From NCBI RefSeq assembly GCF_963921235.1, contig NC_086108.1, positions 75,332,001 to 75,396,000 on the forward strand: a stretch of 64,000 nucleotides of DNA, in the 5' to 3' direction. This stretch comes from Mobula hypostoma (Eukaryota). The notes beneath the pieces are model-generated. The model saw only the letters and a list, made by a program, of their open reading frames with translations. It ran no database searches and had not been told where the DNA came from. How positions within the stretch are numbered: the first letter of the stretch is position 1; each line of letters starts with the position of its first letter. The position numbers and the translations under genes are program-made. This document shows positions 1 through 11,856 of the stretch, in pieces.

Positions 1-173
1 GGTAGAAGAGGGTATAATTACATTATTTAAAACACATTTGGACAAGTTCACCGACAGGAAAGGCTCGAAGCAGGTAAACCAAATTCAGACAAACAGGATT
101 AGAACAGGAAGACACATTCATTGATATGAACGAACTGCGCCAAAGGACGTATTTCTGTGCTGTATTTCTGACT
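1..173 (+). mobile_element. Degraded CR1 LINE 3' end
   Basis: Resembles the CR1 3' ends elsewhere in the window (tttaaaacacatttggacaag ... caaaggacgtatttctgtgctgtat); compare 50750-50910. Confidence 0.65.
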
Positions 174-702
174 CGCTGAAACTCACTAGAATCAAGCAGT
201 TAATGTTTATTTGGTACTGCCCTCAGTCTTGGTGACTGGCCCAGAAAAAGCAGCATCTTAAAATTCTTTCCTCCTCATTCAACTTTGCCAAGTGGTGTAC
301 AAAGAAAATTTCTCCTTCCATTGTTGCTTATCTCACAGTTCAGCTGCTGAAAAGATTTTATCTTGCCTATTGTCTGACAAGGAGATCAAAGGTGTGCTAT
401 CCAATGAAAGACAACTCAATGTTTTCAACCTTGCTGTTTACAGTCATTTGCATACACATCATGTGTGGCCTATCTCAATTGCCTTACAACTATGTAAAAT
501 CCAGTCTTATGGCCAGTAGCAAGTACCCCATTCTCGTAGATGAGTCTAAAATCCCTTTCAAGCTTTATCATTGATCCTTTACCTCCCACAGTTTCTCACA
601 AACAAAAGGGTGTTCCAAAAACACAACCTTACCTAAGCTCTACATAAGATGAACATACCAGTTTCTGACATCATTGTGTGTTTATCGTCACAACTGGACC
701 TT

Positions 703-1710
703 GCTTCGTATGTGGCTGCATCAGGTTGTGTGTAGAACCCAGGTATGTGGGCACCAAGTACCACTATGTGCCCAGGTTCTACCTGTCACCCTGGCTACGA
801 AGGATGGGTCTGGCCCCAGTCCCGCGCAACGCCCCAGTCACCTGTCCTACGTAGCAAAGTTCTTCCAGGAGAACGCCTTTGACCACAGGGCCATCAGGCA
901 GTGGACGGCACATAATGTCCTGCAGGCATTGCAGGAGAAGGATGTGATGGACACAGTGGGGTGGTTCCCTGAGCAGACTGTCCAGTTCATCTGTCAAAAT
1001 GCCTCATCGCCAGATCTCACCAACAGGCACCAAGACCTTGCCTGGCTGGCGGTGAGAGGGGCCCTCCCAGTCAGAGCCCTCCTGTACGCCCAGAACGTCG
1101 TCTCCGCACCCCACTGCCCACGGGAGGACTACAGTCAGGAGGAGTCTGTGACCCACCTCTTTGCACACTGTCAGTTCGCAAAGAGGGTGTGGAGGAGGAT
1201 GGACAGACTAGTGTCACGTTTCATCCCCAGCAGCTGCGTAACAGAGGACTCTCTGATCTACGGGCTGTTCCCGGGGACGCACAAGGAGACCAACATCCGG
1301 TGCTGCTGGCAGATCATCAACTCGGTGAAAGACGCTCTTTGGTCATCCCGAAACTTGATGATCTACCAGCACATGGAGATGTCCGTGGGAGAATGCTGCA
1401 GGCTGGCACATTCTCGGTTGCAGGAGTACGTGCTGAGGGACGCACTGAAACTCGGTGCAGCCACCTCAAGGGCTCGGTGGGGAAGGACCACGGTATGAGT
1501 TTCTCCACCCGTGGGAGTGGGAGGGGTCGGGGGCGGGGAGTATACCCCTCAACAATGATATGGTAAGCTGAACTACTGGAGTGCCATGTGGGTGGCTATA
1601 AATACGGATATGTACTGAGTATAATGGAAACGTATGCAAAGGATGGAAAGTTATTGAATGGTTTATTGTATATATTTATTTTTGAATAAAGTATATTTTG
1701 AAATAAAAAA
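703..1710 (+). mobile_element. 5'-truncated Tx1/L1-clade LINE (ORF2 C-terminus with zf-RVT-like motif, 3'UTR, polyA)
   Basis: Encodes DLAWLAVRGALPVR...HCPREDY..EESVTHLFAHC...KDALWSSRN, stop at 1498. AATAAA at 1685, A tail to 1710. TSD aactggacctt at 692-702 and 1711-1721. Frameshift near 838; the upstream true frame reads FVCGCIRLCVEPRY. Confidence 0.9.
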
Positions 1711-1919
1711 AACTGGACCTTTTAATGAAGTTCTTCTTGTTACATTCAGTGGACTGTTGGTGAGAAATTATATATCCCTGCAATACGTAAAAACGTGCAA
1801 CATGATCTTGATGGCACACTCCGACCTTAAAACTTGATGCTTACTATTATTGTACTACCACCAAGTTGCAGAAGATGGCACTCCATCTTTAAATTGTACC
1901 CTTTAAAATTGCAGAGACT

Positions 1920-2415
1920 CAAGAGAAAATTTGCAGATGCTGGAACTCAGGTTGGAGGAGCAGCACCTTATATTTTGTCTGGGTAGCCTCCAACCTGATG
2001 GCATGAACATTGATTTCTCAAACTTCCAGTAATGCTCCCCCTGCCCCCTTCTCTATTCCCCATCCCCTTTTTCCTCTCTCACCTCATCTCCTTGCCTGCC
2101 CATCACCTCCCACTGGTGCTCCTCCCTCTTTTACTTTCTTCCATGGCCTTCTGTCCTCTTCTACTCGATTCCCCCTTCTCCAGCCCTGTATCTCTTTCAC
2201 CAATCAACTTCCCTGTTCTTTACTTCACCTCTCCCTCTCCCAGTTTCACCTATCACCTTGTGTTCTTCCTCTCCACCTCCAACTCTCTAACTCTGATTCC
2301 TCATCTCCTTTATTCTCCAGTCCTGCTGAAGGGACTCAGTCCGAAACATCGACTGTACTCTTTTCCGTAGGTGCTGCCTAGCCTGCTGAGTTCCTCCAGC
2401 ATTTTGTGTGTGTTG
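1920..2415 (+). mobile_element. Penelope-like element 3' portion (GIY-YIG C-terminus plus pyrimidine-rich tail)
   Basis: Encodes LRLEEQHLIFCLGSLQPDGMNIDFSNF, the same as the C-terminus of the PLE at 56080-56200, then the shared tail ending gctgagttcctccagcattttgtgtgtg. Confidence 0.85.
2318..2355 (+). ncRNA. Minimal type I hammerhead ribozyme-like motif, mutated (CUGCUGA core)
   Basis: cagtc-ctgctga-ag-ggac-tca-gtcc-gaaa-catc-gactg. Stem I CAGTC/GACTG, stem II GGAC/GTCC. Confidence 0.65.
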
Positions 2416-2991
2416 CAGAGGCTTAAGGTTAGTACTCTTCCATTGGGTAACTCTGTTGAAACCATATCACATGCATTTAACTTCTGGCCCTACAGAAATC
2501 TAATGGATATTTCCCATTGTATCATTTAAGATTATTTGTCTAAAGCTCACCACTCCCATTCATATAAAGTAAGATATGATGTAACGTTAGATATAATGTT
2601 AGGGAGGTAAACATCTAGAAACTATCTTAAAGCAATCTGAAGAATAATGTGTCTCTGATGATGTTACCGTGTTTGGAGATCACGTTGATATATCTGAATT
2701 AACCTAACCTTAATGAAAGCTAAGTGTTCCAAACACAGAACAGCACAATATTGGAAATACAAGTAAATCAAAATGTAGATTTATTTTTCTTGTTATTTAT
2801 TTACCTGTCATTGCATTCCCTTGAGAAGATACCAGTGATACCACCTCATGAACCACTGTAGTGCAAGAGCAAAATCAAAGGATTTTCATACCTCGGATAG
2901 AAAGAGCAGAATTTTGAAATTTAGACAGCAAATATACCCAACATTCCTATTGCTTTCAATGAATTATGTAACAGGGGAAGGTTTAAAACGT

Positions 2992-3556
2992 ACTCTTCTG
3001 GCCTCTAGAGGCATAGTTCATTTTTTATGAATGTTACCTCCTGTACGTGAGCTGTTTTTTTTATATAATTTCCTGTGTAGGTTAGTTTTCATGGTTAGTT
3101 TTTGATTCAGTTTGAAGCACATGGTGGAAAGATATTTATCTCCATCCTCTCTTTATTTGCCCTCGAAACAGCAATATCTGTGTGTCTTAAGTTTTTGTTG
3201 ATATCGGTAAACATTTAGTAGATACATTTTGAAGGAAGTATTATGTTTATCATTTATCATTATTGGGATATCACTGTGCCACAAGTTTACCCTTGTTTAT
3301 TCGGCAAAGTTATGGAGTATAGTGTATGTGTATCACCTAAGTTAATACCAATTATTAGAGTAATAGACAGTATTAGTATATTCAGGTAAGTGACGATTCT
3401 GCACTGAATTTAATACATATTTTACATAACTTTCTGGAGTTTCACAAGTAAGAATTCTCAATAAAGCCCTAAAGAAGTTCCTCCAGGTGCTTTTTGAGAA
3501 AATGTATAATTTGCTGCATTGCATTGTACATATGTAATGTGAGGGCAGTGAACTCA
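2992..3556 (+). repeat. 5' LTR of the BEL/Pao element
   Basis: Colinear with 9160-9940, e.g. ggttagtttttgattcagtttgaagcacatggtgg vs ggttagtttttgattcaatttaaagcacatggtga. Contains AATAAA (~3460) and ends in CA. Confidence 0.8.
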
Positions 3557-3811
3557 TCTTGAAAGGCATCGCCTAGGGACTGAAGATGCATCTAAATGCC
3601 ATAGATGGTAATGTTGGATTCTGTCCCAGCAACATCAATCGCTAAGACCTGGAAATCAGGTCAGAATGTGGCTCATTGATCAGATCTTCACGACACGCGA
3701 GCAAAACCATAATTAGCACAGCTGCAGGAGGAGCTCACACCAGAGGTGAAGCAGTAACACTGAGAGCAGCTCATGGTAAGTACGAGGTTGAGATTCAAAC
3801 ATAGAAGGTTT

Positions 3812-3874
3812 GTATAGACATGAAGAGAGCTGGTATAAACATGGAGAGAGCTGGTATAGACATAGAGAGAGCTC
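3812..3874 (+). repeat. 3 x 21-bp tandem repeat in BEL gag
   Basis: gtatagacatgaagagagctg / gtataaacatggagagagctg / gtatagacatagagagagctc. Confidence 0.9.
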
Positions 3875-4489
3875 ATGTAGAGGCTGCATTAAGTTTGCTC
3901 AAAGGGGAGCATGAAGCTGAGGCAAAGGTGTTTGAGGCAGCAGCTGATTTAGACAGTGTGAGTCTGTAACTGGAATTAGTCATGCTTTGCCATCACAACA
4001 GCCAATGCACCTTTCTAACAAATATGTTGAAACACATTTTGGCTATGAAAAAGACCGTTTCCCAGCTCTGCAAGGAGAAGCTGTCCACAGCACGTAGGCA
4101 GCATGCCTTTCACAGGGTCCAGGTATCGATAGTAAAGGTTTACAGTAACAAAGACCCAAAACACTCCTGTCTGCAGTTCTATCACAGCAAAGATCTCAGG
4201 CAATAGTTGCTGCTGAGGCCATTCCCACCTGCAGAGACAGAACTTCCATCCAACCCACTGCACATCTTTGGCAAACCGATCTTCACAATGGTCTCTTTCA
4301 GGAGCTGCAGGTGCATTAGACTTGGCTTGGTATCTGGCTCATTGGGACCTATTCAAAATAGGACTAAAAGTGTTGAACACCCAATCTGCCAACTATCTGT
4401 TCAGGAGGTCAATCGTTTGCAATGGTGTGAAATGACTACATCTCAAACCTTGTGAAGCCACTCTCTGTAAGTGGCTTGGTGGGGAGTTA

Positions 4490-5960
4490 CTGCAACGTGC
4501 AACGTACTCAACTTCAGTAACACCAAAAAGTTGATCGTGGATTTCAGAAAGCATAAGAGGATGGAACACACACCAATCCTTCCAGAGGGAGCAGAAGTGG
4601 AAAGAGTGAGCAGTTTCAAATTCCTGTGTGTTAATATCTCTGAGGACCTAACCTGGTTCCAACATTATCGATGCATCTATAAAGAAGGCAAGAAAGCAGC
4701 TATATTTCATTAGGAGTTTGAGGAAATTTGGGCTGTCAGCTAAAACACTCAAAAATTTCTACAGATGTACCATGGAGAGCATTCAGAGTGGCTGCATCAC
4801 CGTCTGGTATGGGGGTAGGGTTTACTGCACAGGATGGAATTAAGCTGCGGAGAGTGGTAAAATTAGTCTGCTCCACCACGCCTCCATAGTATCGAAGACA
4901 TCGTCAAGGAGCGGTGCCTCGGAAACACAGCATCCAAAGTTAAAGACACCCACCTCCCAGGATATGCCCCCTTCTCACTGTTACCATCAGGAAGGAGGTA
5001 CAGAAGGCTGAATGAACACCCTCAGTGACTCAGGAACAGTTTCTTCCCCACTGCCTTCACATTTTTTGCACTACTTATTTAATTTAACTATATGGCACAT
5101 TAGTAGAAAAGCAGCATCCATCATCACATATCCTCATCACCCAAGCCATGCTCTTTTCTCGCTGCTGCCATCAGGTAGAAGGTACAAGAGCCTCAGGACT
5201 CGCATCACCAGGTTCAAGAACAGTCACTACCCCTCAACAAACAGAAACTTGAACAAAAGGGGTTAACTACACTCATTTAAGGACTCTTTTATCTTGTTAT
5301 TTCCTGCTCGTTATTTATTGCTATTTATTTATTATCTGCATTTGCACAGTTTTGTTTACAGTTTACAGTTCCTGATGTTTACAGTTTACATATGCTGTTT
5401 ACAATTACTGTTCTGTAGGTTTGCTAAGTATGACCAGAGAAAAAGAATCCCAGGGTTGCATGTGGTGACATGTATGTACTCTGATAATAAATTTTACTTT
5501 GAACATGTATATACCTACTGTAATTCACAGTTTTTTTCTCTAAATTTATCATGTATTGCATTGTATAATAATAGGCATCCGTTAGTTTCATGAGACCACG
5601 GATTTGAACCTTGGAAGGTTTCCAGGGCGCAGGCCTGGGCAAGGTTGTATGGAAGACCGGCAGTTGCCCATGCTGCAAGTCTCCCTTCTCCATGCCACCG
5701 ATGTTGTCCAAGGGAAGGGCACTAGGGCCGATGCAGCTTGGCACTGGTGTCATCGCAGAGCAATGTGTGGTTAAGTGCCTTGCTCAAGGACACAACACGC
5801 TGCCTCAGCTGAGGCTCGAACTAGCGACCTTCAGATCACTAGACTGACACCTTAACCACTTGGCCACATGCCAACACAGCAGTATTGCATTGTGCTGCTG
5901 CCACGAAGTTAACAAATTTCACCACACATATGTCAGTGATATTAATCCTGATTCTCATAC
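4490..5960 (+). mobile_element. Rex1/Babar-type LINE 3' fragments (two nested copies)
   Basis: LNFSNTKKLIVDFRK...VERVSSFKFL and LLPSGRRY motifs (twice, ~4980 and ~5165). Tails ataaattttactttgaac (~5503) and attaatcctgattctc (~5955). Confidence 0.8.
5565..5881 (-). mobile_element. tRNA-derived CORE-type SINE
   Basis: Minus strand has A box TGGCCAAGTGG, B-box-like AGTTCGAGCC and CORE-like TGTGTCCTTGAGCAAGGCACTTAACC. TSD gtattgcattgt at 5553-5564 and 5882-5893. Confidence 0.85.
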
Positions 5961-6289
5961 TGAAGGGTTAGAGCAGTTCACATTAATAATCCAGCTACAG
6001 GTTTACAAACACTCTGGCAGAGGCTGGACAAATGCTATGGCTCTCTGGAGGCAACTGAAGAATATTTCTTCAGAAGACGCAATAATTTTCCAAAGCTCTC
6101 ACACAAAGAGCCATAGAAGCTACTGAAGCTTGCAGATCTGTTGTCAGAACTGCAGGCTGCAAAAAATGAGGGTTATCTAGAGGTTACCTACTAGAACTCA
6201 GTTTCTTGGACACAACAGCAGGAATAAGTTCTATAGTGGTTGCAGTGCCAAGCAATATGAAAGAACAGTTGATAACGGAACGGTTCAAG

Positions 6290-7197
6290 TAGAAACATAG
6301 AAAAACCTACAGCACAATACAAGCCCTTCGGCCCACAATGCTGTGCCAAACATGTCCTTACCTTAGAAATTACCTAAGGTTACCCATTGCCCTCTATTTT
6401 TCTGAGCTCCATGTACCTGTCCAGGAATCTCTTAAAAGACCCTATCATATCCGCCTCCACCACTGTCATTGGCAGCCCATTCCACACACTCACCACTCTC
6501 TGCATAAAAAACTTACCCCTGACATCTCCTTTGTGCACCTTAAAACTGCGCCCTCTCATGCTAGCCATTTCAGCCTTGGGAAAAAGCCTCTGATTATCCA
6601 CACGATCAATACCTCTCATCATCTTCCTCTGCACCCTTTCTATGGCTTCCACATCCTTCCTATAGTGAGGTGACCAGAACTGAGCAAGTGGTGTCTGACT
6701 AGGGTCCTATATAGCTGCAACATTACCTCTCAGCTCTTAAACTCAATCGCACAATTGATGAAGGCCAATGCACCGTATGCCTTCTTAACCACAGAGTCAA
6801 TCTGCATAGCAGATTTGAATGTCCTATGGACTCAGACCCCAAGATCTCTCCGATCCACCACACTGCCAAGAGTTTTACCATTAATACTATATTCTGCTAT
6901 CATATTTGACCTACCAAAATAAACCACCTCACACTTATCTGGGTTGAACTCCATCTGCCACTTCTCAGCCCAGTTTTGCATCTTATCAATATCACGCTGT
7001 AATCTCTGACAGCCCTCCACACTATCCACAATACCCCCAACCTTTGTGTCATCAGCAAGTTTACTAACACATCCCTCCACTTCCTCATCCAGGTCATTTA
7101 TAAAAATCACGAAGAGTAGGGATCCCAGAACAGATCCCTGAGGCACGCGACTGGTCACCGACCTCCATGCAGAATATGACCTGTCTACAATCACTCT
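6290..7197 (-). mobile_element. CR1 LINE 3' fragment (RT C-terminal part plus 3'UTR)
   Basis: VPQGSVLGSLLFVIFINDLD...LADDTKVGG and FFMQRVVSVWNGLP motifs. Confidence 0.92.
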
Positions 7198-9159
7198 GTC
7201 AGCAAAGTATAAAACAAAGCATCACGTTTTCTATCTGCCATTTTTATTCTTTGGGGTATTTGTCTGTCATCCCACAGAAATGTAAAATTACCCTGGTTTT
7301 ACACTTCAACTACTGGTAAATATATCATTCAAAGAGAGGCCTCCAGCAAAATCATGGAAAAACAAAACCCCTATCACAGTTAACAAAACTGAAGTAGAAA
7401 CCTCTGTCATGAACCCCGATAGACAATGCCCTGTTCATAAGAAACCTCACCCTTTAAGAAAATGCAGAGGATTCAGAGAAAAAACTGCTTTATGACCGTC
7501 AACACATTCTAAAAGACCACTCAATATGTTTCATATGTTGTGCTTCAACAGTACAGCAAGCTGTGAAGCTATCATACACTGCACTGAGTACAACAGCGAC
7601 TAGCACATTTCAACACTTCATTCTGGGCCAGCACCTTGGGCTTCTACTCGTAACAGCACACCTACAGCAGAACATGGCAGAGAACCAGCTGAGCACCCGT
7701 CAGGTGTAGCTACTTGCTCATGCACAGAGGTATGCAAGAAAGCTTTCCAAGGCAAACTCTGCTCCAAAATATGTCTAGCCAGCATCTACTCGAAAAGACA
7801 TCCTGAACAAAAAGTAAAGGCATATGTGATATTGAATGATCATAGCAATGTGTCATTGGAAAAATCAACATTCTTTGACACATTCAGAATTCAAAGTTTT
7901 GTTTTCCCATACACTTCAAATACGTGTCCTGGCAAATCTGAAGTTGTTAGAAGAAGAGCCAATGGATTTGTCATGGAGTGAATAGGAAGGGAGGTCTGCT
8001 TACCCTTGCCAACTCTTATTGAGTTCAATCATATTTCCAACCACAGGGATGAAATCCTTACTCCTGAAGCTGCAAACCGTCATTCAAAACTTAAGGCCAT
8101 AGCTGAAAAGATTCTTCCACTTGACTCTTCTGCTGAGATTCTTCTGTTGCTAGGCAGAGACACTATCCGTGCATGTAAGGTACGTAAACAGCACAATGGC
8201 CAAAAGTTGACAGAATCTTGATCTTGGACAGGAACTCAGTAATACACAGTGCAGTCAGGGCCTTGGATGGGACTTTGTTACCGACACCCTTACTTTCCAG
8301 GTCTCTGATATTGAAAGACTCCTCACATGTTGTAGCATGCTAACAACTTGCAACAATCTATTTGACCCTCTTGGATTTGCTGCTCCAGTCAGCATGCAGG
8401 AACACTTCATGTTAAGAGAGTTGACTTTGGACATTTGTGGACGGGATGTCCCAGTCCCTAAAGAGAAACATGAGAAGTGGCAGCAGTGATGTTCTTCCCC
8501 TCAGGATCTTATAGGCTTGAAAATTCCATAACAATTCCACTATCTACAGCACAAAAGAAAGATGCCTACATCTTCTGTGATGCATCAACTAAAGCAATTG
8601 CTGTTGTTGCATACCTGTTGTTCACAGACGCTGCTTGATATCGTGAAGTTGGATTTATTGTGGGTAAGGCAAAGCTTGTTCCCAAACCAGATCTCACCAT
8701 ACCAAGGCTTGAACTTGGTGCTGCTTTTCTAGCAACTGAGATGATAGAGATGATAATCAAAGAGCTGGGCACAGAACTAGATAACGTTAAGTTCTTTACC
8801 AACAACAAGGTTGTGCTTGGTTATATATTTAATGAAACAAGAAGATTCTACGTTTGTGCATAATAGGATCCAACATATCAAGCGACCAACTCAGAAGAGT
8901 CGATGAAACAATGTTCCTACTGATCTCAGCCAGGCTGATCATACCAAAAGAGGGCTCCAAGCAAATCAGCTCACCCTCTCCTCATGGTTACTGGCCCAGC
9001 ATTTCTTGCTGATCCCCACCTGGAACTTCATCAAGGCCAGTATTTTCGACGTGAGAATGCCAGTCTCTCAGACTCTCCTTCTTTTGCCAAAGACAGTGAA
9101 GTGACCATTTCACTTTCAGTTTCAGTAGTTAAGTTGAAATCCTGTGGACACCAGTGGGG

Positions 9160-9940
9160 TGGGCTCTGGCCTCCAGAGGTGCAGTTCAATTTGTATGAAC
9201 ATTACTTTCAATACATAATATGCTTTCATATCATTTCATGCACAGGTTAGTTTTTGATTCAATTTAAAGCACATGGTGAAAAGACATTTATCTCTATCCT
9301 CCCTTTTATTTGCCCTTGGAACAGCAATATCTGGGAGCCCTAAGCTTTTTGTTAGTATTGGTAAATGTTTAGTAGATATATTTCAAAGGAAGTATTGTGC
9401 TAATCATTTATTTTTATTGTTATCATTGCGCCATGAGTTTACTCTTGTTTACACAGCATAGTTATGGAGTATGGAGTTGTTCAGGAACATCTTCACCTCT
9501 GTGATCTGATTTCTGAATGGAAATTGAACCTATGAACACTACCTCACCTTTTTTATTATTTCTGTTTTTGCACTATTTTTAAATTTAACTCTCTATATAT
9601 ATATTTACTGTAATACATGCATTTATTTTTTTTCTATATTATCATGTATTGCATAGTACTGCTGCCACTAATTTGGCAAATGTCATGACATATGCCAGTG
9701 ATATTAAACCTGATTCTGATTCTGATGTGTATTTCATTGGTTAACACCAGTTGTTAGAATAATTGACAGGCACATGACAATTCTGTATTGAATTTACTTC
9801 ATATTTTGCTTAACTTTCTGCAGTTTCACCAGTAAGAATTCTTATTAAAAGTCTGAAGAAGCTTCTGTCTCAGGTAAATTTTGAGAAAGTGCTTAACATG
9901 CTTTTTACAGTACATACACACTGCAAGGACAGTAAACTTA
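9160..9940 (+). repeat. 3' LTR of the BEL/Pao element, interrupted at about 9478-9725
   Basis: Matches the 5' LTR on both sides of the insertion. Preceded by the G-rich PPT-like cagtggggtggg. Confidence 0.8.
9478..9725 (+). mobile_element. Rex1-type LINE 3' tail inserted in the 3' LTR
   Basis: Absent from the 5' LTR. Ends atattaaacctgattctgattctgat, like the tail at ~5950. Confidence 0.75.
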
Positions 9941-11671
9941 CTGAGAAGAAATGTGAGGCTATGGCGTAAAATTTATTTTCCTTGGAGAGACAGAGACTGG
10001 GGGTATTTCAGGTATTCCCAGAGATGATTGATCTTGATGCCTAATGTGGTACATTTTGAAGCTTATTGCAACATTACTTTTAGACCAAATTAAGTGAGTA
10101 AATATTGTCAAATATGGAAACAGTAGTAGCTGTATGGACTTTAAAATGACCTTCCAGAGTTTGATAACATTAAAACTTTTTGTGCCACAAATCTACCTCA
10201 CAATGTCATCTGCCCCTTTCCCTAACTTCATTGCAGCCCAGAGGGAAAGCATTATATTAACTTTTGGTATGCCAACTTATCTGTTTAAATAAACATATTT
10301 ATTTTGAATAGCTTCAGAAAAATGAGAAAACACAATTTCAAGATCTTTGGCATTGAGTTCTAGTGGGGTTACATCCAAGATGTTGGCATTTTTCCTGATT
10401 GTGCTGAATAACCCACTTTGTATTTCAAAAATTTCTCACCATGTGAAACGAGAAAAGAAAAACAGGTTAGTGCTCTACATATTAAGTCATTCTGCAAACC
10501 GCTATTTAACAGAAGAACCAAGATAAGCAAGTAAGGGTCTTCCATTAATAGAGTAGAAAAGGAAAGTCATACAAACGTGTTAGATCATTCACCTGTTCTT
10601 ATCATTTTCTGGCCTTCGTTACCCATTTGTGCCTATTAGGAAGTATTCTTTTCTTGTGCTGAAAATAAATATCTTTCCAAATTGCAAGCATAATGCACAA
10701 TGCATAATAATGTCATCTATAGGAACTGCAAAGGTAGATCAGATGAATCCAGTATGCAGTCCATTATTCAATTATTATTAACACCACTCTTTACATTTCT
10801 CATGGATGTTCACAGCTTAATGGGGTAAGTGAGAGGACTGTATGAAGAGTATCATCACAAGCAATAACAGATTCACGATACACTTATTTCATTGTTGTCG
10901 TGGGATTTTGTTCTGGACAAATTAGTTGCTGTACTTCCCACATTAAAACACTACACACCAGAAGGTCATTAATTCAACCAAAAGGTACAGTGGGACATTC
11001 TGAGAACCAGAAAGCGAAAGATGTCAACGTAACTGTAATTTCCAAGCATCAGTTGGATTTGCCAAGTTGATTTGTGGAGGGTTTTCTTCATTGTTAAGTG
11101 TAGTGTTAGCCAATTTTTTCAAAAATAACGGTTGGACATCGAGCAAAAGAATAAGATAATCAGTATACTGTATACCTGCAATAATATGAGAGGATTGATG
11201 CTGGTAAAAGTGTTCAATTACCACTGCACATTTCCATCGTGTGCAAGATCCAAGCACTGATGGGGACTAGGCCTTTCTTTAAGCACTCCACAAAATGGAA
11301 GTATATTAAACTAAATAAATAGGATGTAGAACATGGAACATTGGCTATGATTGACTGTGGAATTGAGGGTCAGGCTTAAACCTGGGAGAGTGAGGTAGTT
11401 AATAAGAGCCAGGCTAGCGCTTGGGCAGAGTGGCTTCGGAAACCAAAGAGAAAGCTGTAATGATTGGTTAGGTTATAACTTAAAGAGATTGTCTGAAGCT
11501 GTTTCCCAATCCTTGACTCTTATATTCAACTTTCAAATAGTTTATTTAAATTATAATTACTTTGAAATCACAGAAAATGGCATTGAGAGACAACACATCA
11601 GGCATGTTGGTGCACTAGATCCATTGATGATTCTGGATTTGCTCAATAAATAAGTACCTACGTATTATAAA

Positions 11672-11856
11672 TAGCTGGTCGGTCTTGTAGTGGCATCAGC
11701 ACCAGACCGTGAGGTGAGTAACTCTCAGCAAACTTTCCATACATGGTGGGTTGCGTGTGAGCTAGCAACACAGCCTTATAAAAAGAGAGACAAAATTTTA
11801 AAGAAACAGCAAGGTTGCTGCCTGATGTGCCACAAGGCGCAGAGAGGAATAACATA
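11672..11856 (+). mobile_element. Degraded tRNA-derived SINE-like element
   Basis: A-box-like head (ggtcttgtagtggcatcagc) and a ccacaaggcgcagagaggaataaca-type end; family assignment is from recall only. Confidence 0.45.

Larger units (their letters stand above)
2992..9940 (+). mobile_element. Decayed BEL/Pao LTR retrotransposon with both LTRs and nested insertions
   Basis: Diverged direct repeats at about 2992-3556 and 9160-9940. Internal remnants: Ala/Glu-rich gag start (3700-3950), CPVHKKPHPLRKC knuckle (~7430), protease-like AYVILNDHSN (~7820), IFCDAS/AIAVVAYL and GKAKLVPKPDLTIPRLELGAA (8570-8730). Confidence 0.85.

Noticed and set aside
674..1498. 274-aa ORF as a host gene
   Set aside because: It is a chimeric frame across a Tx1 LINE insertion bounded by a TSD.
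2010..2381. Pro/Ser/Leu-rich ORFs here and at 18067-18764, 20719, 54479 and 55627-56012
   Set aside because: These are stop-poor translations of the pyrimidine-rich Penelope tail.
3812..3874. Short repeats as a CRISPR-like array
   Set aside because: Head-to-tail units with no spacers, no cas genes, and a vertebrate context.
5800..5878. tRNA gene on the minus strand
   Set aside because: A/B boxes are present but continue into a SINE body with a TSD, and a second copy lies at 36214.
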